Part shown: piece after piece, positions 1 through 12,863 of the stretch
Layout of the letters: the number at the start of each line of letters is the position of its first letter
How positions within the stretch are numbered: the first letter of the stretch is position 1
NCBI RefSeq assembly: GCF_004010195.1
Contig: NC_057718.1
Coordinates: 68,372,425-68,436,400 of the forward strand
DNA: 63,976 bases
From: Chiloscyllium plagiosum
Taxonomy: Eukaryota
Direction: 5' to 3'
Notes under the pieces: generated by a model
Told to the model about the DNA's origin: nothing
What the model saw: the letters and a program-made list of their open reading frames with translations, nothing else
Database searches by the model: none
Translations under genes and position numbers: made by a program

Positions 1-200
1 GGTTGGTGGGGTGGTAGGTGGGGGCCAGTGGGGTTCTGTCCTGGTGGCGGTTGGAGGGGCGGGGCTCAAGGGCGGAGGAGCGGGAAGTGGAGGAGATGCG
101 GTGGAGGGCACCCTCGACCACGTCGGGGGGGAAAATTGCGGTCCTTGAAGAAGGAGGCCATCTGTGTTGTACGTATTTTGAACTGGTCCTCCTGGGAGCA
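1..200 (-). mobile_element. Penelope-like element (family A) coding fragment, RT thumb/linker, cut by window edge
   Basis: Reverse strand reads [58 protein letters not shown], homologous to 5221-5542. Confidence 0.85.
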
Positions 201-1078
201 TCTCATGGAATACAGGGAGAACTAGCTATTTGGATACAGAACTGGCTCCAAGGTAGAAAACAGAGGGTGGTGGTGAGGGGTTACTTTTCAGACTGGAGGT
301 CTGTGACCAGTGGTGTGCCACAAGGATCAGTGCTGGGTCCGCTACTTTCCCTCATTTATATAAGTGATTTCGGACATGAACATGAGAGGTATAGTTAGTA
401 AGTTTGCAGATGACACCAAAATTGGAGGTGTAGTAGACAGCGAAAAAGGTTACTTCAGAGTACAACGGAATCTCGATCAGATTGGCCAATGGGCTCAGGA
501 GTGGCAAATGCATTGGTGTTGGGAGGTCATCTTGTGGCTGTACGGGACATTGGTTTGGCCATTTTTTGGAATATTGTGTGCAATTCTGGTTTCCTTCCTA
601 TCAGAAGAATGTTATGAAACCTGAAAAGGTTCAGAAAAGATTTACAAGCATGTTGCCAGGGTTGGAGTGTTTGAATTATTGGGAGAGGCTGAATAGACTG
701 GGAATGTTTTCCCTGGAGCATTGGAGGCTAAGGGGTGACCTTAGAGGTTTAAAATCATGAGCATGAGTAGGATAAATGGTCAAGGTCTTTTCCCTGGAGT
801 GGGGGAGTCCAGAACTAGAGGACATAGGTTTTGGGTGAGGGGAAAGATATAAAAAGGCCCTAAGGGTCAACATTTTCATGCAGAGGGTAGTGCGTATGTG
901 GAATGAGCTGCCAGAGGAAGTGGTGGAGGCTGGTACAATTACAGCATTAATAAGGCATCTGGATGGGCTAATGAATGGGAAGGGTTTAGAGGGATATGGG
1001 CCAAGTGCTGGCAAATTGGACTAGATTAGGTTAGAATACCTAGTTGGTATAGATGCATTGGATCAAAGGGTCTATACA
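201..1078 (+). mobile_element. CR1 LINE 3' fragment (RT C-terminus plus 3'UTR), internally deleted near 510
   Basis: [30 protein letters not shown] and LEHWRLRGDL motifs with frameshifts, followed by a CR1 3'UTR. Confidence 0.93.
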
Positions 1079-2799
1079 TCGCCACAATGCTATGGAAATT
1101 TTGGTCAAACGTTTGCTAAAATTAGTTACCTTTTGAGCAAAATGCACGACATAGGAGTAGAGTTGATTGCAGAAAGGGGAGTCTCGAGTCGGTTTATTAA
1201 GAAAAAACTCAAGTCTGTAGGAAGGTTTTCTGAATACTGTGAAAGCATTTTGTCTTAAACTGTAGTGCCTGAAGAGATTCTTAAAATTGAGCTACTGAAT
1301 ATCTGCTAAATGCCTTCCCAAATCTCCATTGTAGTTGCACGAAATGTGCACATTTCCATGCAAAAGTGTGCTTACTCTTTCTGTTCTCTCTCCCTACCCA
1401 TCTTCATACTGATGGAGAAAGTACCCAAAACAGTGTAACTTAAAATGTAGTCATGTCATTCCACTTTGATGCCATGCACTTAATGGGACCAGTAATTGTG
1501 TTTTGCTTTGGAAGTTGCACTTTAACCATGTTTCTTGATGAATCTAATGTAGAATGGCATGTCCTGACTTTAATTTTGGAGTGGTGTCTCCCACTCCCCA
1601 TCTTTCCCAGTTGCTCCCTGATTATCCCTCTTACTGACTCTCCTGATCTCCCCCTTTCTGTTTGCTCCAAAAGTTTAATGTGAAACCTGAAAATATTGGA
1701 AATACTCTCCAGATTTGGCAGCTTCGGAGGAAGAAAAAAAGCAGAGTTAATGTGTCTTTGTTTGTTTCATCAAAACATTCAGTACTTTGTTCAGAATGTG
1801 GTTTCTGGTGGGTAATTGATTCATTTGTTATCCCAGGAAGATTTGAGAGCTAACCGTCAGAGCAAGCAGGATTACTGAGCCTACACCTTGTTCAGACATT
1901 TAGTTTGAGGAATATTGCTTCTACCTCACTGATCCTTTTGTGCTTCTGACTGCACAGTGGCTTCATTCTGTCATTTTGGAAAAAAGATTGTATAAAGCTG
2001 ACTGGAAAGTTTTTGAAAGAAAACTGTATCTATCGCAAATATATGAACTAATCCTGACTTTATATTACCTGCTGGTTCAAAGTACTGCTTGGTTAAAATT
2101 TCTTCCTGCTTTATGCTGTTCCCTGAGAGCAGATATGTCTTTATTCAGGTGAATTTGACAAATTAGGTTATTGCTTTTAGTGTGGTTATTTTATGCAAAT
2201 GGCATTTTCCTGCTCAATTTTTGTAGAAAATGTAAGTGTTAGTAAAACACTTTGGTCGATTAACCACACATTTCTGATTGCCCCACCTATCTTAATAACT
2301 TTATCCTGCAATCTACTTTATTTATACTTTACATTTCAATGTGCTTTTCTGCTAACTTATTTAACAGCTTCATTGCACTTTATTAGCAAAAGTTCAACAT
2401 TAATGCTTTTTTTTCTAATTGCATCATATTTTAACTTATCTCATTTGTCATTTGAAAGTTGTGTAACATTCATTACTGTATTTGGTGCAATTATATCATT
2501 ACATATTTTGCTAATTTTTTAAACTCATTTATGGAATGTGTGTGTCACTGGCTAGGCCGCCATTTATTGCCCTTCCGTAGTTGCTATTGAAAAAATGGTG
2601 AATTGCAGTCCATTTGTGTACATAGATCCACAATACCATTAGTCAGTTTCAGGATTTTGACCCAGCAACACTGAAAGAACAGTAATATGTTTCCAATTCA
2701 TGCGGATGAGTGGCTTGGAGGAGGACCTGCAGATGGTAGTATTTCTATGGAACTGTTGCCCTGTCTTTCTAAAGTGGTTATAGTTCAACAGCACATAGG

Positions 2800-3485
2800 C
2801 ACAAACTCGTGCAAGCACACAGTGTGTCTCTCTTATTCACACAGACTCTTGCTCATATGCATGCTCTCTCTATCACATTCAAGTGTACACCCTCTCACAG
2901 GCATATACTCTTTCACGTGTGCTCTCGGTATGTGTCTCTGTCTCTCTCTCGTGCACACATAAGTTCACCCCACAGACTTCTATTTGCAGATACATTCTAT
3001 TTTGTTTAAAAAAAACACAATCTGTAAGCAGTCAGTCAATGTGACATTTTATAAATTCCTATTTGGAAAAAAAACAGTCTGATTACAGGTTGAGATACAA
3101 ATAGACTCTAATCTTATGCCTTTAAAGCATTGTCTGAGCTGAGATGTCACCTTTTTTTTATCCACTGATAAAACCTTAAGTTATCTTGTGTCTGTGACTT
3201 GAAAGAAATTCTGGGATGTACATATCAATCAATCAATCAAAATCTGCATCCCCATTCTAAGTGATTAAAGATTTAATAGCCATCTACATTTGTCTAATAC
3301 ATCACATCACTTGTATGACACTTTGATTTTTTACTTATAAATTCTGTGTCCTATGTACCTGCCCAAATAGCTACCTAACAAAGGGCCAGTGCTCTGAAAA
3401 TTTATACTTTCAAATAAAGCTGTTGGACTATAAGCTGGTGTTGTGCGATTTATAACTTTGTCCACTACTGACACCTTCACATCAT
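2800..3485 (+). mobile_element. PLE family B long 3' terminus (old, non-autonomous)
   Basis: Homologous to 8790-9290 and the arms of 46357-47726. Ends with ...ctgttggactataagctggtgttgtg...; the hammerhead core is decayed. Confidence 0.75.
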
Positions 3486-3744
3486 TTCTAAGTTATGGAT
3501 TTGGAACTGTTTAAGAGTGCAATTTGCACATTGTATAATGCTGATATTGAGCATTGGTACCAGATCCACAGACCCGCTCAACTACCAATCAGGTGGGCTT
3601 TGTCTTGGATGGTGTCAAACCTCTTGAGTGTTTATTGGTGTAGCACTCATCTAGACAAGTGGGGAGTATCCCATCACATTCCTGACTTGTGCATTGTTAA
3701 TAGTGAACCGGTTTAGGGGAGTCAGATAGTGGGTTACTAGCCTG

Positions 3745-3984
3745 AGCTACCTTCCCCCACCCTCCTCTCTGACCTATCGCCTTCCATTCACCTATTGTAC
3801 TCTATGCTACTTTCTCCCCACCCCCACCCTCATCTCATTTATATTTCCACTCTGCCTCTCTTCCTGATGAAGGGCTTTGGCCTGAAATGTCGATTTTCCT
3901 GCTCCTTGGATGCTGCCTGAACTGCTGTGCTTTTCCACTCTAATCTAGAATCTGGTTTCCAGCATCTGCAGTCATTGTTTTTAC
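3745..3984 (+). mobile_element. PLE family A 3' terminus with decayed hammerhead
   Basis: cctgatgaagggctttggcctgaaatgtcg followed by ggatgctgcctga...ccagcatctgcagtc. Confidence 0.8.
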
Positions 3985-5220
3985 TGCTTTTGTAGCCACA
4001 GTGCTTACGTGGCTAGTCCAGTTTAGTTTCTGGTCAGTGGAAATCCTCAGGATGTTGATAGTCAGAGACTTGGTGATGGTGATGTCATTGAATGTTAAAG
4101 GATGAGTGTTAATTTCTTTCTTGTTGAAGATGGTCAGTGCCTGGCACTTGTGAGACATAAAGGTTACTTGCAACTTGTCAGCCCAAAGCTGGATATTGGC
4201 TAGGTCTTGTTGCATTTGGACATGGACTGCTTCATTATCTGAGGAGTTGCACTCGTATTGAACATGTCACAATCATCAGTGCACATCCCCACTTTTCACC
4301 TTTGTGATGGAGGGAAGGTAATTAACTAAGCAGCTGAGGATGATTGGGTCTAGGACACTACCCTGAGGAACTCCTACAGTTGACTGACCTCCACAACCAC
4401 AACCATTTTCCATTGTAACTCTAATCGATATAGAATCTTCCCTCGACTCCAGTTTTTGCTTGGGCTCTTGATGTCAAGGGCTGTCAATCTTGCTTTAACT
4501 CTGGTTTTTGGTTCTTTTGTCCTTGCTTAAAACAAGGCTGTTATGATGTCAGGACCTGAGAGGTCCTGGCGAAACCCAAACTGGGCATCAGTAAACTGGT
4601 TATTGCTGAGCAGGTTTTGCTTGATAATGCTGTTTGATGTAACATCATGTTGCTAATTATTGAAAGCAGACTCATGGGTTGGTAACTGGCTGGTAGGGAT
4701 TTGTGTATAGAGCTTACTTGAGTATATTTTACTATATTATTATATGGGTGCCAATGTTATAGCTCTAATAGAACAACTTGGGTGGAGGTGTGGCAAATTC
4801 TGGAGTGTAGGCCTTCAATATTATTGCTAGGATATTGTCAGGGCCCATTGCATTTGTAATATTCAGTGCTTCTAACCATTTGTTGATAACATGGGAAAGG
4901 AAACAAATTGGCCGTAGATAGGCACTTGTGCCGCATGGGAATCTGGAGTAGAGTGAGATAAATCATCCATTAATCTCTTCTGATTGAGGTGATTGTGAAT
5001 TCTCCAGCCTCATTTTATTTGTATTGATGTGCTGGGCTCCTCAATTATTGTCAGTAGGGATGTTTGTGGAGCGACTTCCTCCATTGAGTTGTTTAATTGT
5101 CCACAGCCATTCACAACTGGATGTGGCAGAGAAGCAATGCTTAAATCTGATCTGCTGATTTTGGAATTGCTTAACTCTTGTTTATCACTTGCTGTTTATG
5201 CTGCCTGGCACACAGTGCAA

Positions 5221-5542
5221 CTCAACACAGACATTTACTACAAACTGACTGACTCCCACAGCTACCTAGATTACACCTCCTCCCACCCTGCCCCCTCAAA
5301 AAATGCCATCCCATATTCCCAATTCCTTCGCCTCCGCCGCATCTGCTCCCAGGAAGACCAATTCCACTACCGAACAGCCCAAATGGCCTCCTTCTTCAAA
5401 GGCCGCAATTTCCCCTCAGACGTGGTTGACGATGCTCTCCACCGCATCTCCTCCACTTCCCGCACCTCCGCCCTTGAACCCCGCCCCTCCAATCGCCACC
5501 AGGACAGAACCCCACTGGTCCTCACCTTCCACCCCACCAACC
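5221..5542 (+). mobile_element. PLE family A coding fragment (RT C-terminus/thumb)
   Basis: NTDIYYKLTDSHSYLDYTSSHPAPSKNAIPYSQFLRLRRICS is a characteristic Penelope-type RT C-terminal motif. Confidence 0.9.
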
Positions 5543-5544
5543 TG

Positions 5545-5858
5545 ATAGATTTAAGACAGATGTCAGAGGCAGGTTCTTTACTCAGAGAGTGGTAAGGACG
5601 TGGAATGCCCTGCCTGCCAATGTAGTTAACTCAGCCACATTAGGGCGATTTAAACAATCCTTGGATAAGCACATGGATGATGATGGCATAGTGTAGGGGG
5701 ATGAGCTTAGATTAGTTCACAGGTCGGCGCTACATTGAGCGCTGAAGGGCCGGTTCTGCGCTGTATTGTTCTATATTCTATCTATTTGGTACTGAGTAAT
5801 GAACCTGGCCAGGTGTTAGATTTGGAGGTAGTTGAGCACTTTGGTCATAGTGACCACT
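5545..5858 (+). mobile_element. CR1 3' end followed by a CR1 endonuclease fragment
   Basis: [14 protein letters not shown] and a 3'UTR ending ttctatattctat, then LVLSNEPGQVLDLEVVEHFGHSDH (APE SDH motif). Confidence 0.8.
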
Positions 5859-5992
5859 GGGGCAGCACAGTGGCTCAGTGGTTAGCACTGCTGCCTCACG
5901 GCACCAGAGTCCCAGGTTCACTTCCAGCCTTCGGGTGCTCCAGTTTCCTCCCACAGTCCAAAAATGTGCAGGTCAGGTGAGTTGGCCATGCT
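5859..5992 (+). mobile_element. HE1-type SINE, partial
   Basis: gggcagcacagtggctcagtggttagcactgctgcctcac head and ccacagtccaaaaatgtgcaggtcaggtga body. Confidence 0.85.
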
Positions 5993-6233
5993 CATTTCCC
6001 CTACCACCACCTTATCTCAGTCCCAACTTCCGGATTCAGCACCGCCCTCTTGACCTGCAGTCTTCTTCCTGACCTCTCCGCCCCCATCTCCTCTCCAGCC
6101 TATCACCCTCACCTCCTTCCACCTATTGTATTCCCAGTGCCCCTCCCCCAAATTCCCCCTCCCCACCAGCCTCATTCCTGAAGAAGGGCTTATGCCCAAA
6201 ATGTCGATTCTCCTGCTCCTTGGATGCTGCCTG
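5993..6233 (+). mobile_element. PLE family A 3'UTR/terminus
   Basis: Homologous to 45940-46210. Contains cctgaagaagggcttatgcccaaaatgtcg (mutated hammerhead). Confidence 0.82.
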
Positions 6234-6239
6234 TCTCTC

Positions 6240-6625
6240 CAGAATTAGAGGGCATAGCTTTTGGGTGAGAGGGCAAAATTTTAAAATGGACCCAAGGGGT
6301 GTATGAATAGGAAGTGTTTCGAGGGATTGGGGCCAAGTACTGGCAAATGGAATTAGATTAATTTAGCATATCTGGTTGGCACGGATGAGTTAGACTGAAG
6401 GGTCTGTTTCGGTGTTGTACATCTCAGACTCTAATTCTGGATTCCCCCAGTGCAAGGAAGTGCCATGGGCTATTTATCCTATCCATGCCCATTATGATTA
6501 TATAAACCTCTGAAGTCATACCTAGCCTCCGATGCTCCAGGGTACTTTAGCCCAAGCCCCCCAACCCTGGCAACACCTCTGTAAATCTTTTCTGAGCCCT
6601 TTTCCAGTCTCACAACCACTTTCCT
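6240..6625. mobile_element. Two CR1 3' fragments tail-to-tail (+ 6240-6432, - 6440-6625)
   Basis: Homologous to the CR1 3' region at 810-1078 and to the reverse complement of 620-810. Confidence 0.8.
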
Positions 6626-7109
6626 AGCGACAATTTATTTTATATTTTGCCCTCAGATTGATGCATTATCTGTTAACTTAAGAAATGCATTTTCATCTGC
6701 TGAATAGAATGCTTCTGAAGGTTGTGAATTGTGACATAAATACTTTAAAGATGGAGCAATTGATTTTCCTCAGCCCGTGATTTAAGTGTAGCACTTGTAG
6801 TAAAACCTTTGTTGAATTTGTTCATTTTTCTTACTTGCTTTGTTCATTTCTTGCAGTCAGCTTTTTTTTTTAAGGAAGCATCCTCACAGCAGGCCAACGT
6901 ATTGTTGAGGCTCCCCATTTAGATGGTGACATCATGTAGAATTTGAATCTACAAACCTCCGTTAGCATGGTGCAATACTGTGGCATTGCTGGACTATGAG
7001 GTATCATATTAGATGAGATGTTAAATTGTGGCTTCATCTGCATGCAGGTAGATGTATATGGCTCTAAGATATTTTCTGAGAGCAGGAAGATTTTGTAGTG
7101 TAATAAAGC

Positions 7110-7235
7110 AAAACTATTTGTGCTGAAGATCTGAAACAAAAACAGAAATTACTGGAGAAACCCAGCAAGCCTGGCAGCATCTGTGAAAGAAAGCAAAATT
7201 AAAAATTTCAAATCTAGTGACCCTTCAGAACTGGA
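7110..7235 (-). mobile_element. Old PLE family D terminus
   Basis: gtgctgaagatctgaaacaaaacagaaattactggagaaacccagcaagcctggcagcatctgtg. Homologues occur at about 1680-1790, 18395-18510, 42225-42670 and 45174-45350. Confidence 0.65.
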
Positions 7236-7239
7236 GATT

Positions 7240-7420
7240 TCCTCATGTCTTGGACAACATTTAATCCATCGGCCAACATTGTCAAGAGCATAGCAACTTG
7301 TTATGGATCTCTTTGCTATATGTGCAAATTGGTTATCAATTCTGCCTTCAAAAAGTAATTAGTTGGTTATAAAGCACAGAGGCAATTTAAAAATGTGAAA
7401 GGTGCTCTTAAATGTAAGTT
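7240..7420 (+). mobile_element. Ancient Deu-domain-type SINE remnant
   Basis: Resembles the gggatcttgctgtgcgcaaattggctgc core and the gtgaaaggcgctatataaatgcaag L2-like tail. Reverse copies occur at about 15880-16050 and 41840-41920. Confidence 0.5.
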
Positions 7421-7982
7421 GTTCCCTCCTTCTGTAACTTAAAAATGGGCCATGAGAAGCTGAGATTTTCTTTCATGAGGCCATAATCATCATTCCTGGG
7501 ATAAGATAGGGTGACAAAATTATAACCTGTTCAAAAAATAATTTATTCTGTAAAACAAGGCATGTCTTATAATTGGAATTATGTTTTTAAGAAATCCCTT
7601 CAAAAAACAAAATTGGTGGAAACCATGTTTTGTTTTAATGGTAAATCAGCATAAATATTTGGTGTTTGCTTACGCTCTGGTCACAAACTAAGGGGAAGGT
7701 GCCTGGACCCAATAGGTAATGTGCTGCTTGGTATGGTTCTGTTGGTTATCCAGCTGTTGTTTAGTATTTATATTGAAGACCATCAGTAGGGAAACATAAT
7801 ATTTAAAATATGGTATAATTGAACTAAATTGATGCATTATTGCGCTAAATCCTGCAAATATACTTGCCAGGATAAAACATGTGTTTGGAATGAGGCATTC
7901 TGTGGACCATATCCATGTTTATAGTGTCAAGTTATTTTTCTCTTTAGCTGGTTCCACCATATATTTTGTTTTGATGATTAGA

Positions 7983-8263
7983 TGCCCTACAGTGTGGAAT
8001 CAGGCCCTTTGGTCCACCAAGTCCACACCGACCCTCAGAGTAACCCACCCAGATGCATTTCTCTCTGACTAATGCGCCTAACATTATGGGCAATTTAGCA
8101 TGGCCAAATCACCTGATCTGCACATCTTTGGACTGTGGGAGGAAACCCACGCAGACACTGGGAGAATGTGCAAAGTCCACACTGACAGTTGCCTGAGGCT
8201 GGAATCTAACCTGGGACCCTGGTGCTGTGAGGCAGCAGTGCTAACCACTGAACCACCATGCCA
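7983..8263 (-). mobile_element. HE1-type tRNA-derived SINE
   Basis: Reverse complement of the full SINE (compare 37104-37400), including the CR1-derived 3' tail gggcctgattccacactgtaggg. Confidence 0.92.
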
Positions 8264-8614
8264 TCTTGATGTCTAACTCCAGAATGGCAAGTGAGCTATA
8301 ACCGGTCATTTCTATTGAAATTGTTATTGAAATCAAGTTGTGTTAAGGTTCAGTAGAGCAGAAGACAAATGTGTTAAGCTACATTGAATTTTCTGTGTAA
8401 TTAAAACCATGTAATTGTCAACACAACAATTGTTCATTTTCTTAACTTTGTTATCTCAATCAAGTGCTTTTCTTTAATCTCCTCACCTTCACGCGCTGAC
8501 TGGTATGTTTTCCTTAAATACGACATTACTCTGGAAAATTGCACAATGCAGTTATAAAACTTGTTAGTATCCCTGTCACAGGGTATAACAGTAGTTGGGT
8601 CACTCACTCATTCA

Positions 8615-9290
8615 ATTACTTCCTCTTCCCCACATCCTTGCTCTCCCCCGCACTCTCTCTTCTCCCTCACCCCCACCAACCCTCTCCATCTCTGCCTCTC
8701 TCTTTCTTTGTTNNNNNNNNNNNNNNNNNNNNNNNCCCCCCCCCTTTTCTGTGTCTCTGTCTCTCTGTCCCTGTCTCTCTTTCTCTTGATGTTGTATTTG
8801 CAGATACATTGTATTTTCAAGAAGTACACAATCTGTAGGCAGACATTCCATCTGACATTTTATACATTCTTTCTTTGGACATAGAACAAGTCTGACTCAA
8901 GGTTGGGATACAGTCAGACTCTAGCCTCACACCTTAAACACATTTGTCTGAGCTGAGATATCACCTTTTTTAAAATGACATCTTATCTCAGGAATTTGAC
9001 TTGAAACCAGTTCTGGGATTTACATATTCATCACTTGCAACCTGCATCCCCATTCTAAGTGATTAAGCACTTTACAGCCATCTAGGTTTGTCCAATACTT
9101 CGCATCAGTTGTATGACACTGATCTTTTACTGTTAATTCTATGTCCTGTTATCCTGCCCTACTAGCTACTGGATGAAGGAGCAGTGCTACAAAAGCTAGT
9201 ACTTACCAATACAACTGTTAGACTATACCTTGGTGTTGTGATTTTTAAACTTTGTCCACCCCAGTCCAACACAGGCACCTCTACATCCTG
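8615..9290 (+). mobile_element. PLE family B long 3' terminus with CT-rich segment and small N gap
   Basis: Homologous to 2800-3485. Ends ...ggatgaaggagcagtgctacaaaagctag...ccagtccaacacaggcacctctacatc. Confidence 0.78.
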
Positions 9291-10369
9291 ATTTTGAAGT
9301 TAGTGGCACAGTGGCTGCACTTCCATTAAATCCCTGCACTACTTTACCTTCTTGGAAGACTGTCAGCTCTCTTCAGGCAGAAGCCCCTCTTGGTGCAGGT
9401 TGCTTCAACGCCCAAAAAGTCAGACTAATGGGAAGGAAAGCCAAATGCTGTTGTGGGTGTGGCTTGCAGTCATTACACCAAGAAAGGGGGAAGAAAGGCT
9501 ATAGCAGATAATATCACATTTTTGGTAGAAAATTCTACGAAATTAGATGTTTGAATAACTTTAGTAAGCATTTTTTTAAAAAAAAAAGTCTCGTACATAA
9601 TTCGCAGACATTTAAAAAATTTTGTTTAATAAAAAAACCCATTTTAACTTTTTAAGTGGTGCGGGGGCCTCCCTACATGTCAGTTGAGGAGACGTTCAAT
9701 GTTTAGCATACAGGTGCACAATTTTGAAATGTAACTACAGTAATTTGAAGTTAGTGGCCAATTAGCATTCATTTTGTGGTGATTCCATATTTATAGTTTA
9801 GAGTCATAAATCCTCCTCTGGCCCGCTGCAACCTTTTGTATTTGTGTATTCTGGGAGTTATGGGCCTCTCCAACATCCTATCATGTCAAAAGCTGATCTG
9901 TCTTGATATTTAACCCATACTTCACTCTTATTGAAACTATGCCGATTTATGACCTACCCTACCTGCCTCTCCGATAGGACAACAGTTCAATATTGTACAA
10001 ATCATAACTATTGAGGAACTTGACGCATAACCATTGGCAAAGACTAGTAAAAGAATTTTTCAGAAGCACTGGTTAGAAAAGTTTATATATCTATCTATTC
10101 TTTAATGCAATAAAATTAGTTATTTGTTAACACAACAATTGTGCATTTTATCTTTAACATTTATTGTGTCTTCTAATTTTGCTACCAAATCAATCAATCA
10201 ATCAATAAGTCATTATATTAACATTGCTCTCTGATATTTGATATTTTTGTAATGGTAGGTTATGCAGTCCTCAAATTTTGCTCCATAGTTCTGTCTAGTC
10301 ATGTTTGCTTGGCTGCCTCAACACTACTTTGCTGCCCACACCCATATCTGGTTTCCTAGGAAACTAAAA

Positions 10370-10740
10370 GTCTGCCTGTCTTAGCATTAAATATATTTGA
10401 TGATGGCATACTTGGTTTTCTGGGATATAAAATTCCAAGGATTCACAACATTCTGAATGAAGAAATTTCTCCTCTTCTCAATCTGAACAATTTGCCCTTT
10501 CTCTGAGACTTTTTGGCCTCCTTCCCGTGTTGTAGATTCCTGAGCTATGGGAAGAAACCTTTCAGGCTAGTCTGTAAAGCCCCTTCAGAATCTTGTGTAT
10601 TTTAGTGAGATCATCTCTCATTCTTGTAAACTTTAGAAAGCACTGACACAATTTACTTATCATCTCATTATAGAGTAAATTCCTCATCCCAGGAATCTGT
10701 CTACTCAAACTTTGCTGTACCATATCCAGTATGCAATTTG
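10370..10740 (-). mobile_element. Degenerate CR1 3' fragment
   Basis: gaagaaatttctcctcttctca is the reverse of the MRRNFF motif, and the reverse of EFRRMRGDL is also recognisable. Confidence 0.65.
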
Positions 10741-11124
10741 CTTTCTAATCTCAGCCAGTAAAGACCAGCATCCATAAATGAAAAGAAAATGAGAAAAAAT
10801 CTTGGAGTGGAGCGTATTCTTAAATATTCCAGGACACAGGGTCTTCGGGCAAGACACGGTAGGAGATAGGAGGTTTCACAATTTTGATCAGGGAATCTAT
10901 TACAGCAATAAATTGTGGGGGGGGGGTTACATCTCTGAAAGCTCCTCAAATGAAGTCATATAGATAGACTTAAAAACCAAAAAGGAGCAATCATATTTTG
11001 GGAGTGTATAATAGACCCCCTAATAGTTCGAATGAAATAAGAATATATGCATAGGCAAATTTCAGGGAGTGTAAAAGTAACAGGCTAGCAATAGTAGGGG
11101 ATTTCAATTTCCCTAACATTAATT

Positions 11125-11335
11125 GCTGCCTCACAGCGCCAGAGACCTGGGTTCAATTCCCGCCTCAGGCGACTGACTGTGTGGAGTTTGCACGTTCTCC
11201 CCGTGTCTGCGTGGGTTTCCTCCAGGTGCTCCGGTTTCCTCCCACAGTCCAAAGATGTGCAGGTCAGGTGAATTGGCCATGCTAAATTGCCCGTAGTGTT
11301 AGGTGAAGGGGTAAATGTAGGGGTATGGGTGGGAT
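11125..11335 (+). mobile_element. HE1-type SINE (truncated) nested in CR1
   Basis: gctgcctcacagcgccagagacctgggttcaattcccgcc (B box) plus the SINE body. Confidence 0.9.
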
Positions 11336-12746
11336 ATATAGCATTGCATTCAGAACAAAAGAGAGGCATATAGCAGATACGGAGGGTTTGAAACAGCAGA
11401 AGCCCTAGAGAAGTTTAGAATGTACAAGGGAAAACTTAACAAGGTTAGGAGAGCTAAAAGGGGATATGAAAGGATACTAACAGGTAAAATAGAGGAAAAT
11501 CAAAAGTTGTTTTACAGCTACATTCAGGGTAAAAGAATAACGAGGAAAAGAGTAGGCCCATGAGGGACCACAGTGGAAATTTATGCATGGAGTCAGAGGA
11601 TGTAGGTTGGAATACTTAGAGTCTGTGTTCACTAACGAGAGATATGTTATGAGTATAAAAATCGGGGAGAACATCTGTAATACAATGAAAGAAATTTACT
11701 GCATAGACAGAGACAGTGGTCTGAGTGATCTGGCAAGTTTAAAAGGAGATAAATCTCAAGGGCAGAATAGAATGTAATACAGGTTGTTGAGTGAGACAAG
11801 GGAGGAATAGGGGCGCTTGCAAAAATTTATCAATTCCTCAGACCACGAGAGGTGTTGGAGAACTGGAGGTCAGCCAATCTGTGCTATTATTCAAGAAGGG
11901 AGCAAGAAATAAACCAGGGAACTTCAGGCTGGTCAGTCTAACTTTGGTGGTGGGGAAACTATTGAAAGTGATTCTGAGGAACAGAATTACTCTGCATTTG
12001 GAGAGGTAGGGATCAGTCAAAAACAGCATGGTTTTTTAAAGGGAAGCAAAGAGTAATGGTTGGTCACTGTTTTCTGAACTGGAAATCTGTGCCCAGTGGG
12101 GTCCCATAGGGATCAATGTTGGATCCTTGCTTTTGAGGTTTAATAAATGACTTAGACTTCAGTGTAGGAGTTAGTTCGCAAAGGATACTAAATAGCAAGG
12201 AGGATAGCTTAGATTTGAGGAGGATATAGACAGGCTGGTCAGATAGGCTGATAAGTGGCAAATGAAATTCAGTCCCGATAGTTGAGGTGATGTGCTTGTG
12301 CAGGACAGATGAGTTAAGGGAATACATGATGAATGGTAGGATCCTGAGAAGCACCAAGGATCAGAGACCTTGATATGTAGGTATACTGGTTCTTTAAGGT
12401 ATCAGGGCAGGTGGATAAAGTAGTTAAGAAGGCATATGGTATATCTGTCTGTATTTTTGGTTCGATCACAGAATGTTGCATCTTGTTCTGGAATCCATGT
12501 TCTAGGAGGGAGAGGGTGCAGTGGAGAGTAACTAGGACGTTTTCTGTGTTAAGTTCTTTTTCCTGAGATTCTTATGCACTTGATGCAACTGCAATATGCC
12601 AACTTCTGTGAACAACAACCAAATTGTATTAAAGTACAAGTTTTGGAGAAACTCTGAACACTCTTCGCCATGCTTGCAAAGCATGTCAAGAGGTCTTCCT
12701 GTACAAAGGAAACAGTTCTTCCATTATGCAAAACCTTTACATCACA

Positions 12747-12863
12747 GTTAAAAATCACACAGCACCAGGTTATAGTCCAACAGGTTTAACTGGAAGCACT
12801 AGCTTTCGGAGCACTGCTCCTTCATCAGGTGGTCAACCCAGTCCAACACCGGCATCTCCAAAT
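12747..12863 (-). mobile_element. PLE family B mini-element with intact minimal hammerhead (12797-12831, -)
   Basis: Perfect 12-bp TSD ctttacatcaca (12735-12746 / 12864-12875). Reverse strand reads cac-CTGATGA-a-ggagc-agt-gctcc-GAAA-gc-TA-gtg. Confidence 0.88.

Larger units (their letters stand above)
2525..5220 (-). mobile_element. Degenerate CR1/L2-superfamily LINE (second lineage), interrupted by two PLE insertions
   Basis: Minus ORF 3940-4215 reads QQDLANIQLWADKLQVTF..HKCQALTI..TDQKLNWTSHV (RT C-terminus). Its 3' tail lies at about 2525-2780. Related pieces occur at about 16630-16830 and 48000-48580. Confidence 0.7.

Noticed and set aside
2193..2522. 109-aa hydrophobic ORF
   Set aside because: T-rich intronic composition explains it. 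There is no recognisable domain and no splice support.
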